A DNA stretch of 64,000 nt from Daphnia carinata (lineage: Eukaryota). Both the position numbers and the translations under genes were made by a program. The stretch lies in the NCBI RefSeq assembly GCF_022539665.2, contig NC_081333.1, positions 7,440,001 to 7,504,000 on the forward strand. Direction: 5' to 3'. The notes under the pieces are model-generated. The model had not been told where the DNA came from and did no database searches. It saw only the letters and a program-made list of their open reading frames with translations. Below, in pieces: positions 1-12,780 of this stretch. The first letter of the stretch is position 1, and the number at the start of each line of letters is the position of its first letter.

Positions 1-3000
1 TGTTCTTCTCCTTTAGATGTTCTTCACGCGAGCGATGATGTCATCTTCGATCATCGCACGGGAGCAGCACGAGTTGGCATCGTAAAATCCATTTGTTTCG
101 ACAAATGTGTCAACTAATACGGTGGCTCTTTGCCGACATTTCAAATTGCATGAAGTTCCCCGATGACCTCCCCCCGCCGGCAGCCTTCCTGACCCGCACC
201 TGGCATCCATGAACCTACAGGCCGAACGCAGTTAAGAAACCATTTAAGGTCGAAATGCTTATTACGTGATTGATGATAGAAATTCTACATTTTTCGTTTT
301 CAGACAAAAATACTTCACGCTGCGCTTTACTGTTAAAATGGGAAACTACCGGAAATGCAATAGGACGATGTACGTGCATTTGTACTGACCCGCCTGCAAA
401 CGCTTGTGGAAAAGGTAAAACTAGTTTGATTTACTTACACTTTCAGTGGCTTTTCTTGTCCGAGTTCTTTTTTTTTTAAATTTAACTAATTGAACATCCA
501 TGAGTAATGGATCTTCCTTGGACTCCTGGTTTTGAGGTGGCATTCTAATTCATTTCGGTTAAATGCAAGGAATTTTATTTTTAGCTTTCTTTGATTGGAA
601 GGAGGTATGAAACATTTTTTCCAATGCCATGATTGAACGCTCGCCGATTCCTTGTGCTTTTTTTTATTCGTGGAATAGTAAAATGCAAAGTTAAAGTCTT
701 CGTAGCGTGACACACCGTGCCCTTAACGTTTTCGGTTTCACCGCTGGACGCCGACATTCGGGTGTGATAGCTAGGACCAGTATTTCTTTTCTAATGAAAT
801 TTGGTTCATTTGATCTAACGTTGTATATGTTTCCCTGCTATCAAATCACTCGACATCTTATTAGATTCCTAAATCGGAAAAATCTCATTTAAGTTGGGAA
901 ACTTCTTTTTGGCAAACCGCTCGTTTACTCTTCTCGAAAGCCGTGTAGATGGCTCTTCTAAGAAATGAAATTAAAACGTCACTTTCCTTTCTCACATCGT
1001 CAGCTTTGACGAGATTTTACTGTTGTAACTCGGGATGTTGTTGTTATGATTCTCATCTCTCTGTTTCAACCGGTCAAATGAAAGGAACTTCAAAGTTATG
1101 CCAATAAAAATAGCTTGCATCCCAACTGCTAAGGAAGACATCCTTCCAGTTTTCAAAGTCATGGTTTCCGCAGTCATGAATTTCAATTTCGCTGCGATCT
1201 TTCTCACTTCATACTCACGACGAGCATTCGACCGACTAAACGCAAACAGAAACACGGGGAAAGGTTAAAAAAAAAAAAATCACAAACCATTCGAAAAAAA
1301 CCAATTGACTTCAACTGTGGATTTTTATTAGAACTCGAGGGACCAATTTGCTACGATTTACGATTAGGAAAATAGTGAACTGGCCAGCTGCTGTCCTTTT
1401 TTTTTTTTTTATCTTTTATTTTCGTTGTTGTTTCCTTCATTTCTTTTTTTCCCCTTCCGTTTGAAATATAGTCTCTGAGCTGCTGGATGCGCTGCAAAAA
1501 CTTCGAGGAACGTATGTGTGTTCGTGTATGTGTAACGTGTGCAGATGAGGCGCGCTGTATATATAGAAGAAAGAAGAAGAAGTAAAAAAAAAAAAAAGGA
1601 GGGTTTGTTATGCTGTTGCTCCAGCCATCCAGCCTTCAAGCATCTCCGGGTGGCTTCGGCTACCTATAATTCCGTCAACACCCGCGCGTGCGCCGCTGAA
1701 ATTCAGTACCAAGTGACGAATGATGAGGACGGAATGCCGATCCGAGGGGCGCGGCTTCACTCATACCGACGCCCGGGCGGAGCCTATCGGACGAAACAAA
1801 GTCGGACCGTTCACTCGTCCGTGGTCATTCCAATCCTCACCGCTAGCCAATTCCGCCATCATTCGATTAACGGATTACTAATCCATCAAATGCCACGTTT
1901 TACTCCTCCCACGGCGCTCTTTTTTTATTTCGTTTGCTCGCAATCCTTATCGTGTAAACCACGATATTGGCAACGGCAATTGCCAACTTTTAGATTCATT
2001 TCGAATTCATTCCGTTTGTTTGTCTAGTCTTCAATCTTTTTTTTTCTTTCTTAGTTTTAACTAATGCAAAGTTTCATTTATCTTTTTTTTTCGCTTTTTT
2101 TCGAAATCAAGTCTCAGGTAAACAAGCGGCGGGATATGTCTATCTTTAGATACCCAGATCCTGGCCAGAAGCTGTCGGGAATCGGGTAGAGACAGGGCCA
2201 GGAGCCGTAGCGGTTTTCTCTGTGTATACAAGGGACCGTTTTAAAAATAGGGTCGAGGTAAATAAAAACAAAAACACAGGCAACATTGAAGAAAAATATA
2301 TTTATCTGTATACTGCGTGTGTATATAAAAGAAGGAGAGCGGGAGTTATCTCCCTCCGCTGCCGCCGCCATGTCGGAAGAGGGGACGTGAAGTTTTATAC
2401 GATTCGATGATGTACAAATGACTTTCAGACTTGGCATACTTCACAATCCCCAGCTCCTCTAATGAGGAGCCCTAGCTGTCCCGGCGGCTGCAGATTTGTG
2501 GCCGAAACTCTTGTAGGAGCTGCTACGGTCATACAGTGTGTGTGTGTGTGAACGCTCTTCAGCATCTCCTGCGCATCCGGAGGGGGGGCTAAAATATCTA
2601 CTACCATCACTATGCCACTATTATAGGTACTATGCTATTGTAGCTGCTTTTCTTTTTGGGTGCTTTTTTTTATTGAGTTCTATTTATTCCCTTCTTTTTT
2701 GTTTAGGAAAATAAAATGATGCAACAACTGGACTGATTTAGTGAGACAACTTGGATCATTGTCTCACAAATGAAACGTCATCCAACTTTGGCACGTCAAG
2801 AGGTAGCAGTTTAGATCCCCACTTCCTCGACGGTGCGCAATATGTTCATCCGCACCTACGTCATTTTTAATAGATCGACCCTGCGTGTTCAAGTTACTTT
2901 CGTTGGATGACGAAAGCGAAATCCCTTCGCTCGTAGTGTTACAGGTAAAGCGGTCGTTGCTCTGTTACATCCGGCTTACTTGACTGATGGTGGATTCCTT

Positions 3001-4297
3001 GACCAGATGATAGTTTTACATCACGACTTACTAAACGAGTCTCCCCTTTATTGCACTCGTCATATCCGTAGTATACACACTAGTGTCTGTCAGTTCTTCT
3101 TTAGTGCGTCATCAACACCATACGAAATCCAGAAGCGTTGACCTCTATATCGAAAGAGATCGAACTCGCTGACCTCTCATATGTGGCTAATCTAATAAGA
3201 CCATGTTTAAACCACTAAAACGACTTGAAAAAAAAAGTGCTCGATGTGTGCAAACCGAGGTTGAGTCGTGTCGCTGTCCTTAAAAAAATATACATATATA
3301 AAGCTATTACTGCAACAACGACTTCCGATACTATGTCGGACGTGTTAGCGAGCAGTGAGGAAAAAAAACTTGACCAAGAGGGGTGTAAGCCGAGCTGTCA
3401 GAACATTTGTGAATGTGGCGGACAAACAATCCATCTTGACTCCAACACCCACCCACCCCGTTTTCTTCTCTACTTCGAGTGTGTCTATGTGTATGTTACA
3501 AGTCCAGTGATGGTCAATCGGCCACTCCTTGTGACGGAGAACTCGGATCGCATGTCAACTTCGCACCAACGACTGGCAACTGGAAGAGGTCGTACGTTGT
3601 TCTTTTGACCCACCCGTCTCATAACAGTTTTATTGTCGCACATTGATGTCCAGTTTTTTTTTTTTGTTTCTCTTGCTATTTTAGGGGACTCTCGTGTACA
3701 GTGTGTACAAGACAAATCCGCTGCTTCGCGCCCGCGCTAACACACATGCTTTTCTCCAAAATAAAGACACCCAACACTTGGTGTTCGCCAGTTTTTCCAA
3801 CAGTCACAATTCCGCTGGAAATAGGGTGACTCCCCGATTCTAAAGGTTGCTCTACTGGTTTGAAACAGAAGGAATTCTCAGACAAATGGGGGATTCCTGA
3901 TGGTGTAAGAGTAGCCGTCGGAGGGGGGAGACCGCACGCTGGGTTAGTGATGGTTTCCGTGAAATTCTCCCTTACACAAACGTTTGTCCACGGCACGGTG
4001 ATCCCCCGGCAGCAGCCGGTTTTGGCAGTTAAGAGGATGTTTCTCCAACTCGAAACTGGCGAAAGATTAGTTCTTCCTTTACGTCCTCATGTTCTTTCGC
4101 AGAAGATCACATACAACCGATCGCCAACGGGCGAGAACTCTTTTACACCAAGTTGAGATTTCTCTCTCAAAGCCTCTTCCCATTCATAAGATGAGCCGTG
4201 GGAGTAAAAAACGAAACTATTTAACTGTTAGGGATATTTTGGTATTGTGTACTTATATCGGGTATCACAGGATACAGCGTAATATGAGTATCAACAA

Positions 4298-5508
4298 TTA
4301 GATATGAGGCGAAATCGATTTGCATTCATTTTTCATGTCAACTCGACTTCTAAAAAAGTAACAAAAACAACAGTTGGGCCCTGGATCAGGGCTATAAATA
4401 TTTTTCACGACAGTGAGTTGAAATTCGTCTTTGTTCAGGTGTTTGCTGTGTAATCTCAGGTTAGGGACACTGCACCAATAGCGTCCAAGGAAAGGAGTTG
4501 GAGTCGATGCTGTTCCTTTGGCAGGTCCCCTTGAAACATGGTTGACGGTCAGCACGACACACTGATGTACTACAGCTAGCCGTTTCAAATCGCTGGCCAC
4601 TTTGTTAAGTAAGCTGATGGCTTTGATAAAGAAACACAAAGTATAATTAACTCTTAAGCGCGTTATTCAAATGATGTTTTACGACGTTTGCAACGTTTGA
4701 GTTCATGAAAGAGACGTTTTTGTCGCGTACCATCATTGAACGAGTCACCGCGAATTGGTAAGAATAAGGTGGCTAAACTATCAATGACGACAAGCTTGTA
4801 CTCCCTCATTCCTGGAGCCCATAACATTTCCATCAGGTGATAAACATCATTCACATAACAGAAGTGGATCCTTTCTAAACTTTTCATATGGTCCCCATCC
4901 TGAAATCCATTAACGAAAGTGTTTTACGATATGATACAGAATTGGGTAAAATTAAAGATTGCTCTACTGACTTCTTGTAAACTATGCATGATTTCCAGTG
5001 TTCTTTCAGCATTTGCATCAGAGGTTGTGAGATAGCAAACCATATGTTGCTGTTTAAGTGCAGTGTTTGCTGTCAATTGTAATGCCAGCTGTGTCTTTCC
5101 AGATCCAGGTTCCCCAAATACCTCAACTAGTCTTCCACTTGGAATGCCTCCATCCAACATTTTGTCAACTCTATCTTAGTTTATTTTAATTTGAATCCAT
5201 TAAGATCTATTTCATCATACAAACCAATTTTTATTACGTTATTACTTACCAATTCCACTCGTGATGATGGTCATTCTTTTTAAGAGCATTTCATACAATT
5301 TATCCCCTCTTAATGGTTTGCTGTTGTTAGCTGCTAGAATCTGATCTTTTATTTTTATGATTTCACTAACATTTTGCCCGATCAAATTAGCAATTTTGTC
5401 ATTATTGTACTGCACAAAGTCAAGTGAAGTCAAAACTTTATGGGCTTTAAGTAATTCTAGTTTATCTAAAGTAAGTAGGGGACTAATGCTTTCGGAAAGG
5501 AGATTCAT
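4298..5508 (-). CDS. RAD51D: DNA repair protein RAD51 homolog 4 (RAD51D-like), 4 exons
   Basis: ATG at 5508 (MNLLSESISPLL). Splicing 5250 to 5174 gives TSGIDRVDKMLDGG. Walker A GEPGSGKT, Walker B LVVIDS, and a C-terminal VVLTVNHV...PFLGRYWCSVPNLRL typical of RAD51D. Stop TAA at 4300-4298. Confidence 0.88.
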
Positions 5509-5935
5509 TTTTACAAAATCGCAGAAAATAAAAACAAAGCAATACCATATTAAACATTGAATAACGTTCTGTTTTGGTTTCCAGAGTTTGAAATGACAAA
5601 GATTCAAAGGTTGCCAAAGTTGTAACATTAATCGCTGATAAATATGTTTTATGAAGGAAAACTCTTCATAGTCAAAATCAGCTATTTTAATTATTTCATG
5701 AGATTCTTCATTAGAGAATGAATAAAAAACAAAAAATACAATTATATATTAAACTATTAATTTTCAGCTTGGTGTTTTGCTTGTCTATCAGGCAGCATTG
5801 TAGAGGAAAAAAGTGGCAGCGCTGTGCTAAGCATCCCTAGGAGAGTTTAGACATTTTTACCAAAGCGTTACAACCGGAACCCGGGCTGGGCATTTTCTGA
5901 AGCAACCATCTCGTTCTGACGTTAGTGAATCAATC

Positions 5936-8900
5936 ATGGGAGATAATCGTAAGTTGAATTTAATAAAAGTAATTTCTAAAAGTAGAAGTAGACTGGCTTG
6001 TTTGTCAAAAATGTGTATACCAAACATCTATATTTCTGTCTTTTAGTCTATTTAAGCTAAAATATGTTGAAATAACCTTGAAAATTTGTGAAATCCCGAA
6101 CAAGTTTGCTGCTTGTGCCTATGATTCATTAGTAGTTTATTTAAATTTTGCAGAGTATGGATATTCTGGAGGGGGTGGAGGTGGTTATGGTGGCTACAGC
6201 AGTTATGATCAGACAGCGCCTGCATATGGAGGTCCTCCGGCTGGAGCTGCTGCAAGCAGTGGATGGGGAAGCCAAGGTCAAAGCGCAGCACCATACTCTG
6301 GCTATTCAGGAGGTGATGGCTCAGCAGGAGGATATAGTACCCAGCAAGGTGGTGCTGGTGGTGCTCCATCTACTGCCTATCCTTCAGGTTTTTAAAACTT
6401 TTGTTTCTGTATATTAACATGAATCAAACATATTTTGTCACTTTAGGAAGCAGCAGTGCTGGCTACAGTGCTTATGGAGAACAAGCCCCTTATGGTGGTG
6501 GTGGAGCTGGCTATGACAATGCTGGATCATATGGTGGATCTGCTTCTTATGGAGGTAATTACAATCCTTAAATGTATGTGATCGGCCTTTTCCTTCATGA
6601 TTGCTATTGTGTCATAGGCGGCGGCAGTGGTGGAGGAGGTTACGGCGGCGGCGATAGAGGTGATCGAAGTGCTGGAGGGGGAGGTTTCAGGTGAGTTTTG
6701 TTTTGAACTATCTGTTGAAATTGTTTTAAAAACTAAGTAGCTAATTTAGGGTGTGTAATCTTATATCAGTAACTGAAAAAGCTTTGGGTGAGTGTATCAA
6801 CATACACTTTCAGTGTCATTGTAAAATTTCGTGGTGATGTGTTTAAAAAAATTGGCTATGCTCCAATCAATCTGGTTTAACAGATGGGTATTCCCTATTA
6901 TGGAAAACAATGGTTACGCAAAGAAGTGCGTTGGGAATTATGGGACATGTGACAGTATTCAATTTTTCGATTAAATTTTTTTTTTATTAACTTTTTTTTT
7001 TTTTTAAGTAATTGGTAATGAATACTTTTGTATACGTTTACATCAACATAGTTTTGGTAATGTGATGACTCTTCGTTCGTAAAAGTTCGGGTTGGATTCC
7101 ATTGTGCCGAGTGCATACTTCAAAAAGAACTCAAAGTTGGTCATTCTGGGAAACAATTTTTATTTTCGCAACTGAAAGCTGTAGCGTGTTTAAAACGAGG
7201 GTGTAATGTTTCTTTTATGATTTAATTTTAACTTGGATTACGACGTAGTAAAATAGCTTCATTGTTCATTAAATTTTATCATATATTGTGTTCCATAATA
7301 ACTTTGAAAGCAAGATGGCAAATGCCTCTTGGTGTCAATTTGGTGTTAAAGACAGGGTATAGCAAATGTATCTTTCTGGCTATTGCAGTCATAACGCTGG
7401 AAGCAGAGACGGGTTTCCCAAAGGTAATTCAAAAGGTTCATCTAACGATGCCTTCCTTACTGTGTCTACTTCTGGTACGGTATATCACGTTCTTGCCATT
7501 GTGATGAAAATCTTCGACTTCCAAATCACATTCCTGTTGGTGCAAGTATCAAGCCAAATACTCTATCTCCATCTTTATTCTTATTACATCTCCTGGTGTG
7601 TATTTACGATATATGCGGCACAGAACTTCTCTGCTCTTGTTGTAAGAGTATCAGACTTTCTGCGTGTAAAGTGAATTACCTGGAGTATGTTTTACCTTTT
7701 TATTTGCTACGGTATTTCAGTCAATTGTCAGCCACTTTCCATGATTTAAAATCCCAAAATAGGCCGAATGAGTACTAGCCTTTAAGCGGTGTGTGTGTGT
7801 GTATGGTAAAAACAAAATTCCATCAAGCAGCATGGTTTGTTCCGAAAACTTCCAAAAGGTTGTTGTGTGTAAAAATAATTCAACAGAAAAATAATGGTAC
7901 GGTGTGTCAAAGCAAACAAACCAATTCAGAACAACCATCGGTTGTTTGTAACATAGACAGTTGATTTAAACTGGTCTATAAAGGGTAAGACAAAATGAAA
8001 CAAACACGGTAAAACAGATCGGCAAAAGGTTAAATTTACTCATGGAAAGTTTGGTGAACGGTCCGACTAAAGTAATTAGTACATCCTGTAACCCTACTGT
8101 GGGACTTGTTTATGCCGTCGTTTATTTTAAATTTGAAGCTCATTTAATATTGTATGGACATCTTGCTTTTAAGGAGGAGCTGGCCCACCCGTTGGAGATG
8201 ATCGAATAGTCATGGATGACAGTGTATTCGTATCTGGGCTTCCAGAAAACGTAACAGAGGCTGAGATTGAAAATTTGTTTGGATCGATTGGCGTTATCAA
8301 AGTATGTAACAGCCTTTTCTCTAAATCAATTTTTTTTAGTGCTTGATATTTGCTGTTTTTGTTCTGTGATAGATTGACAAAAAAACAGGCAAACCGAAAA
8401 TCTGGTTATTCAAAGATCGTGACACAGGCGCTCCTAAAGGAGAGGCAACAATTACTTACGATGATCCTAACGCTGCATCCGCCGCAATCCAGTGGTTCAA
8501 CGGTTTGTAATTTTTAGTTCTAATTCATTTTGTCGTAAAAAAAAAAAGTTATCTCTAAATAACTGAAATTCATATTCCAGGACAACCATTTAATAACGGA
8601 CCAACGCTGAAAATCTCTTTTGCCACGAGGAAGAATAACTTCCCAGGTGGATTTCGTGGTGGACGCGGCGGAGCACGTGGAGGAGGATTTGGTGGCGGAG
8701 GAGGATTTGGTGGAGGCGGTCGCGATAGTAACGGCGGAGGCTTCGGTGGCAGGGGTGGTGGCCGAGGAGGTGGTGATCGCGGTGGCAGTAGTGATCGCGG
8801 TGGTCGTGGTGGAGGTGGACCACCATCAGGCGGTAGGGAAAGCAAACTGATTAGTTGCTGCCCGTTTGCGATTTTTAATTTTCTTGCATTCACATTTTGG

Positions 8901-9768
8901 TAGGTCCTGGCCGAGAAGGCGACTGGCGCTGTGCGGAACCATCCTGTGGAAACACCAACTTTGCATGGCGCTCTGAATGCAACCGCTGCAAAGCCCCTCG
9001 TTCTGATTTGGCTGGCGGAGGCGGACCTCAAGGTGGCGGAGGAGCTTCTAGTGGTTATATTTAATTCCAATCAAACTTTCTTAATGAGTGAACTGAAAAC
9101 GCTACTGACTGATTCTGGAAATTCAAGTACCTAACGTTTGGAGTTGTTCCAAATCCGGTACCTAATGGACAGAATACGCCGGAAGCGCGTAAAAAGCATG
9201 ATTGGGATTCATCATTAGATCCAACTTTTTGTATCAATTCCAATACCTATTGTCACGTTTCAAATTACAGATGATGATGATCGTGGAAGCCGCGGTGGTG
9301 GCTTCGGACGTGGAGGAAGCCGTGGTGGTCGTGGCGGAGACAGTTCATCAAGAGGTGGATTCCGCGGTGGTAGGGGAGACGATGGTAAGAAGATTTTTTT
9401 TTTTAATAAATATTTTCTTTGCCGTTTAAAGTTATTATGGTGTTTCTTTAGATGGAGGATTTAATCGTGGAGGTGGACGAGGTGGTGGATATGGAGATCG
9501 TGGCGGGTTTGGTGACCGTGGTGGACGCGGTGGTGACCGTGGAGGCTACGGTGGTGGTCGCGGCGGATACGGAGATCGCGGTGGCTTCCGCGGAGGAAGA
9601 GGTAGCGATAGAGGAGGCTATGGTGACCGCGGTGGAAGAGGTGGCGGCGGAGGCCCAAGTTTCGGGTATGACTAGATTTTAGAGTTTATTTTGAAGAAAG
9701 GGTTATTCATTTTTCTTAATAATAAACATTGCAGTGACCGCGGACGTGATCGATCAAGGCCGTATTAG
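5936..9768 (+). CDS. caz: FET-family RNA-binding protein (cabeza/FUS/EWS/TAF15 homolog)
   Basis: Exons approximately 5936-5948, 6154-6387, 6447-6554, 6618-6690, 7389-7423, 8174-8301, 8373-8502, 8581-8832, 8904-9053, 9271-9384, 9452-9665, 9735-9768. They encode an SYGQ-rich low-complexity N-terminus, an RRM (DSVFVSGLP...[36 protein letters not shown]), RGG boxes, a RanBP2 zinc finger ([24 protein letters not shown]) and a C-terminal PY-NLS (DRSRPY*). Confidence 0.95.
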
Positions 9769-10037
9769 ATTGGGTGCAAGTAACCGTCATTTTTTAAATG
9801 CTGTATCTATTATGTTCTAAGTTTTTTTTTGGTCTCGTGCGACAGTTGGCTGGAAAAGAAGAGAAAAGGTTCCATTTTTCTCTTCCTACTAGCCACCTTG
9901 AAACCGTAATAATACAACAACTTTTCAACTTAATACTTTTTATTTACTTCAACTAAATGTTATTGTTTGCGTGGATTATGGAACGAGGAGGGAGTATAAA
10001 TTAGGAAAGAAAAATATGATACGAAAGGTTGTAGCGT

Positions 10038-11818
10038 CTAGTTAAACATGTTCATTAAACTACTGAAGAAGCCCCCTCCGCTTGTTGGTGCGGGAGGTGG
10101 TCGCTGGAACTGCTGTTGTTGAAAGGTGCTTGGCTGAGGCTGCGTCGCTGGTCTACGGTGAGGTGGTATTGGAGGCAGTTGCTGTTGATTGAAACTGGAT
10201 GAACCCAAAGAAGACTGGAAGGGAATTTGTTGACCCTTGAGGTAAAATTTTAACAGCACACATTATTTCATGTTAATAGAAAACTGCTCAATGATTCGCT
10301 TACCATAGGTGTACCTATTGGAAAGCTAGGTTGAAATTGGGTGTGAATTGGCTGGCCCAGTTGAGGATGATTTAGTGCTCCGGGATTCGGTGGCCGGAAA
10401 ATAGGACTTGGTCGAATTGGAAGTTGCTGAAGTGGAAGGCCATTTGGCGGTTGATTTTGAATTGGTTGCTGGAATTGTGGCCCTGGAGCATTGTTCATCG
10501 GATTTTGATTCACCGAAAACTTGTTTAAGGTAGGGTTTCTAATTGGAAAATTTGGTTGGCGGCTAGGAGTTCCAAATTGCTGGTTTGTTTGCTGTTGAGT
10601 TGGGGCTAAAGGCCTGGTTGGCTGAAACTGTTGAGCGGCTGACGGCGGTAAATTTTGTTGTTCTTCTTGTTGACCCTGATTATTTTCTTGTTCCTAAGTA
10701 GAAAGAGTATATTAAGTGCAGTGAATAATTTAAAGTGCCCCTGAGCATTCTTAATTCTACCTTCTCCGTAGTTGTTAGAACAGAATCTTCCACAGAAATG
10801 TTTCCGGATATCACAGGAGTAGCATTCTATCAGACGAAGAAAATGGAAAAAAAACAACAAACATGATTAATTATTCTGATTATGTAGGATACATAGAAAA
10901 AAATTCTTTAATATGCGTACCTCAGTTGGCTCAAGTTCTTGATCAGAAGGCCGAGGTTCTTGTTCCGATATTCTCTAAGATAGGATTAACAAGTTAATTA
11001 GGGACCAAAATCGCTTAATTGCGGATCCTATCAAACATGGTTTTCGATTCTTACCTCATCCGCAGGTTGCGGCATCTTTAGGAAAGGTAATTGGACTGGA
11101 CGGAAGCCATTGCCTCCGAGAACATGTGCTTCTGGGCTGACTTCGGTTTTATGGTTTTCAATTTTTGTTCCTGTTTCACAGCAACGAACAAAGCCGGTGC
11201 TGCAACTCGTTTCGGATTTCCTGTCAACGGACTGTTCGTCGCAGTCTTTGCGTAGTTTGCATCTACACGACTTCTTGGGCCATTTAAGCGTTGAAGACGG
11301 AGTCACCACCATTGGCTTGCTGGGCGTTGTTTCTTTGATGAGAACAGTTTCTAATGGTCGACAACAACGTACAGTTCCGTATTCGCAGCTGACTGCGAAT
11401 CGGAAATCCATCAGTTCGATAGGACAAGAGTCGATGGGTTCACATTTGCAGCCATCATTGCTGTCGCTTGCCGGTTGCTGACTTTGAAGAGGTGCCGGAG
11501 TGGTCAATTGTGAAACTGGGCGGATAATCACTTTGGACGTTCCGAGCGAATGAGTGAGGAATTCTTCACGCTCGTTTGGGTCGGTGCTAGGTAAATGATA
11601 AAATTATTAAACCTTCCGTAAAAATTAAAAACTATGCAATAAAATGCATAATATATACTTTACCTCGGTTTGGAAGTTTCTTGCTGAAAAATTGGCTGAG
11701 GCCTTTTTCCTTGAAAGTTGATTGGAGAATGCGGTTGATCGTGAGGGGCAGTTGAAGATAATGCAGCCACTGCTGCGGCCAACAGGCATACTGTGGTGAG
11801 TTGCTTCAGACGAATCAT
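10038..11818 (-). CDS. Secreted protein with two six-cysteine clip-like modules and a long Pro/Gln-rich tail; no protease domain seen
   Basis: ATG at 11818 with signal peptide MIRLKQLTTVCLLAAAVAALSS. ORF 11031-11531 has CKCEPIDSC...SCEYGTVRCC and CRCKLRKDC...SCSTGFVRCC. P/Q-rich exons at ~10302-10690 and 10038-10235, stop at 10038. Internal exon junctions are approximate. Confidence 0.7.
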
Positions 11819-12633
11819 CTCGGGTCGAATTTCTGATGGTGACTGCGAGTCCAAACGCCACAATCTCACCGTTTTCTATTCAGGTAAAGTTACTTCCTGT
11901 TCCTTAAACTTGGACCCCCCTTTCATTTGTCTCATGGTTTTTGTTGCTTATACGAACAGGTCAGTCTGGAAGTGGATCAAAGGTCGTCTTCAAGGAAGAC
12001 CCAAAACTAACGGTCGACGGTCAATAACCTCCATAGGCTGTAGTGACCCTCTTTTCTTATCTAGGACATGATCTAAAAGCCATGATTTCAAATCCTCTTC
12101 CTTTGAGAATTGTACAGTTAAACGTTTCCTTTGTAATCCCAAAATAATCTGCGCCCAGTTCCAGGTATATAACCAACAAACCATTGCACCGTCACATTTT
12201 GATCCTCTAAAGTTTTTAAATAAGGTTTTACGATATTTAATCGTCTGCTACAATGCTTAACCACCATTCCTGTTCCCATCAACGTTTCTTTTGTAAAGAA
12301 GAGACAATACATTGATTTTACAATCTATTTGTTATTACTTCGATTTTGTTTCTAGTCATTTGGCTTTCATTTCCATCTGAAGATAGGTCCTGTAATGCTG
12401 CCTTTTTCTCGGAATCGACGTATGTCTGCAAAGATAATGAACGCTAATGCCAAAAACAACGGATGTGTATTTAGAAGATTACTTGCTTGTCTAGCTCGGA
12501 GCTAGCGTCTCACAAACATACACACACACAAATTAGTCAAAAAATCCCAGACGAAGAACGAAATAAATAAAAAAAAATTTAATAATAAAAAAGGTTACAA
12601 CGAAAGATGTAAATGTTTGAATATCGATTTGGT

Positions 12634-12645
12634 GATATCGATATC
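12634..12645. promoter_or_regulatory. DRE (DREF-type) element TATCGATA inside the palindrome GATATCGATATC
   Basis: Lies ~140 bp upstream of the UBE3B ATG, with extra ATCGAT cores near 12623 and 12755. DRE is the established arthropod housekeeping promoter motif. Confidence 0.55.
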
Positions 12646-12780
12646 TTCTTGTAGACGATAATTTTATAGTCGACTCAAAGAAAAAGTTGTATTTACGTTT
12701 TATTTTTATTCATTTGATAGGTTAGACAGGAGTTCTTCAAGGTTTCGCGTAGAAATCGATCGGTTTTTTGTTAAAACAGA

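Noticed and set aside
1..4200. Short ORFs and splice-like sites at the window start
   Set aside because: No recognisable protein similarity or consistent reading frame; probably UTR or intron of a gene outside the window.
7062..7175. C-box-like GTGATGA motifs (7062, 7501) suggesting C/D snoRNAs in FET introns
   Set aside because: No terminal stem, well-placed D box or recognisable rRNA guide.
7961..7984. Possible 24-nt in-frame micro-exon (cag|...AAGG|gtaaga) in the FET gene
   Set aside because: Weak polypyrimidine tract, not required for the frame, and no homology support.
8570..9070. 166-aa Pro-rich minus-strand ORF
   Set aside because: Antisense shadow of the Gly/Arg-rich FET exons.
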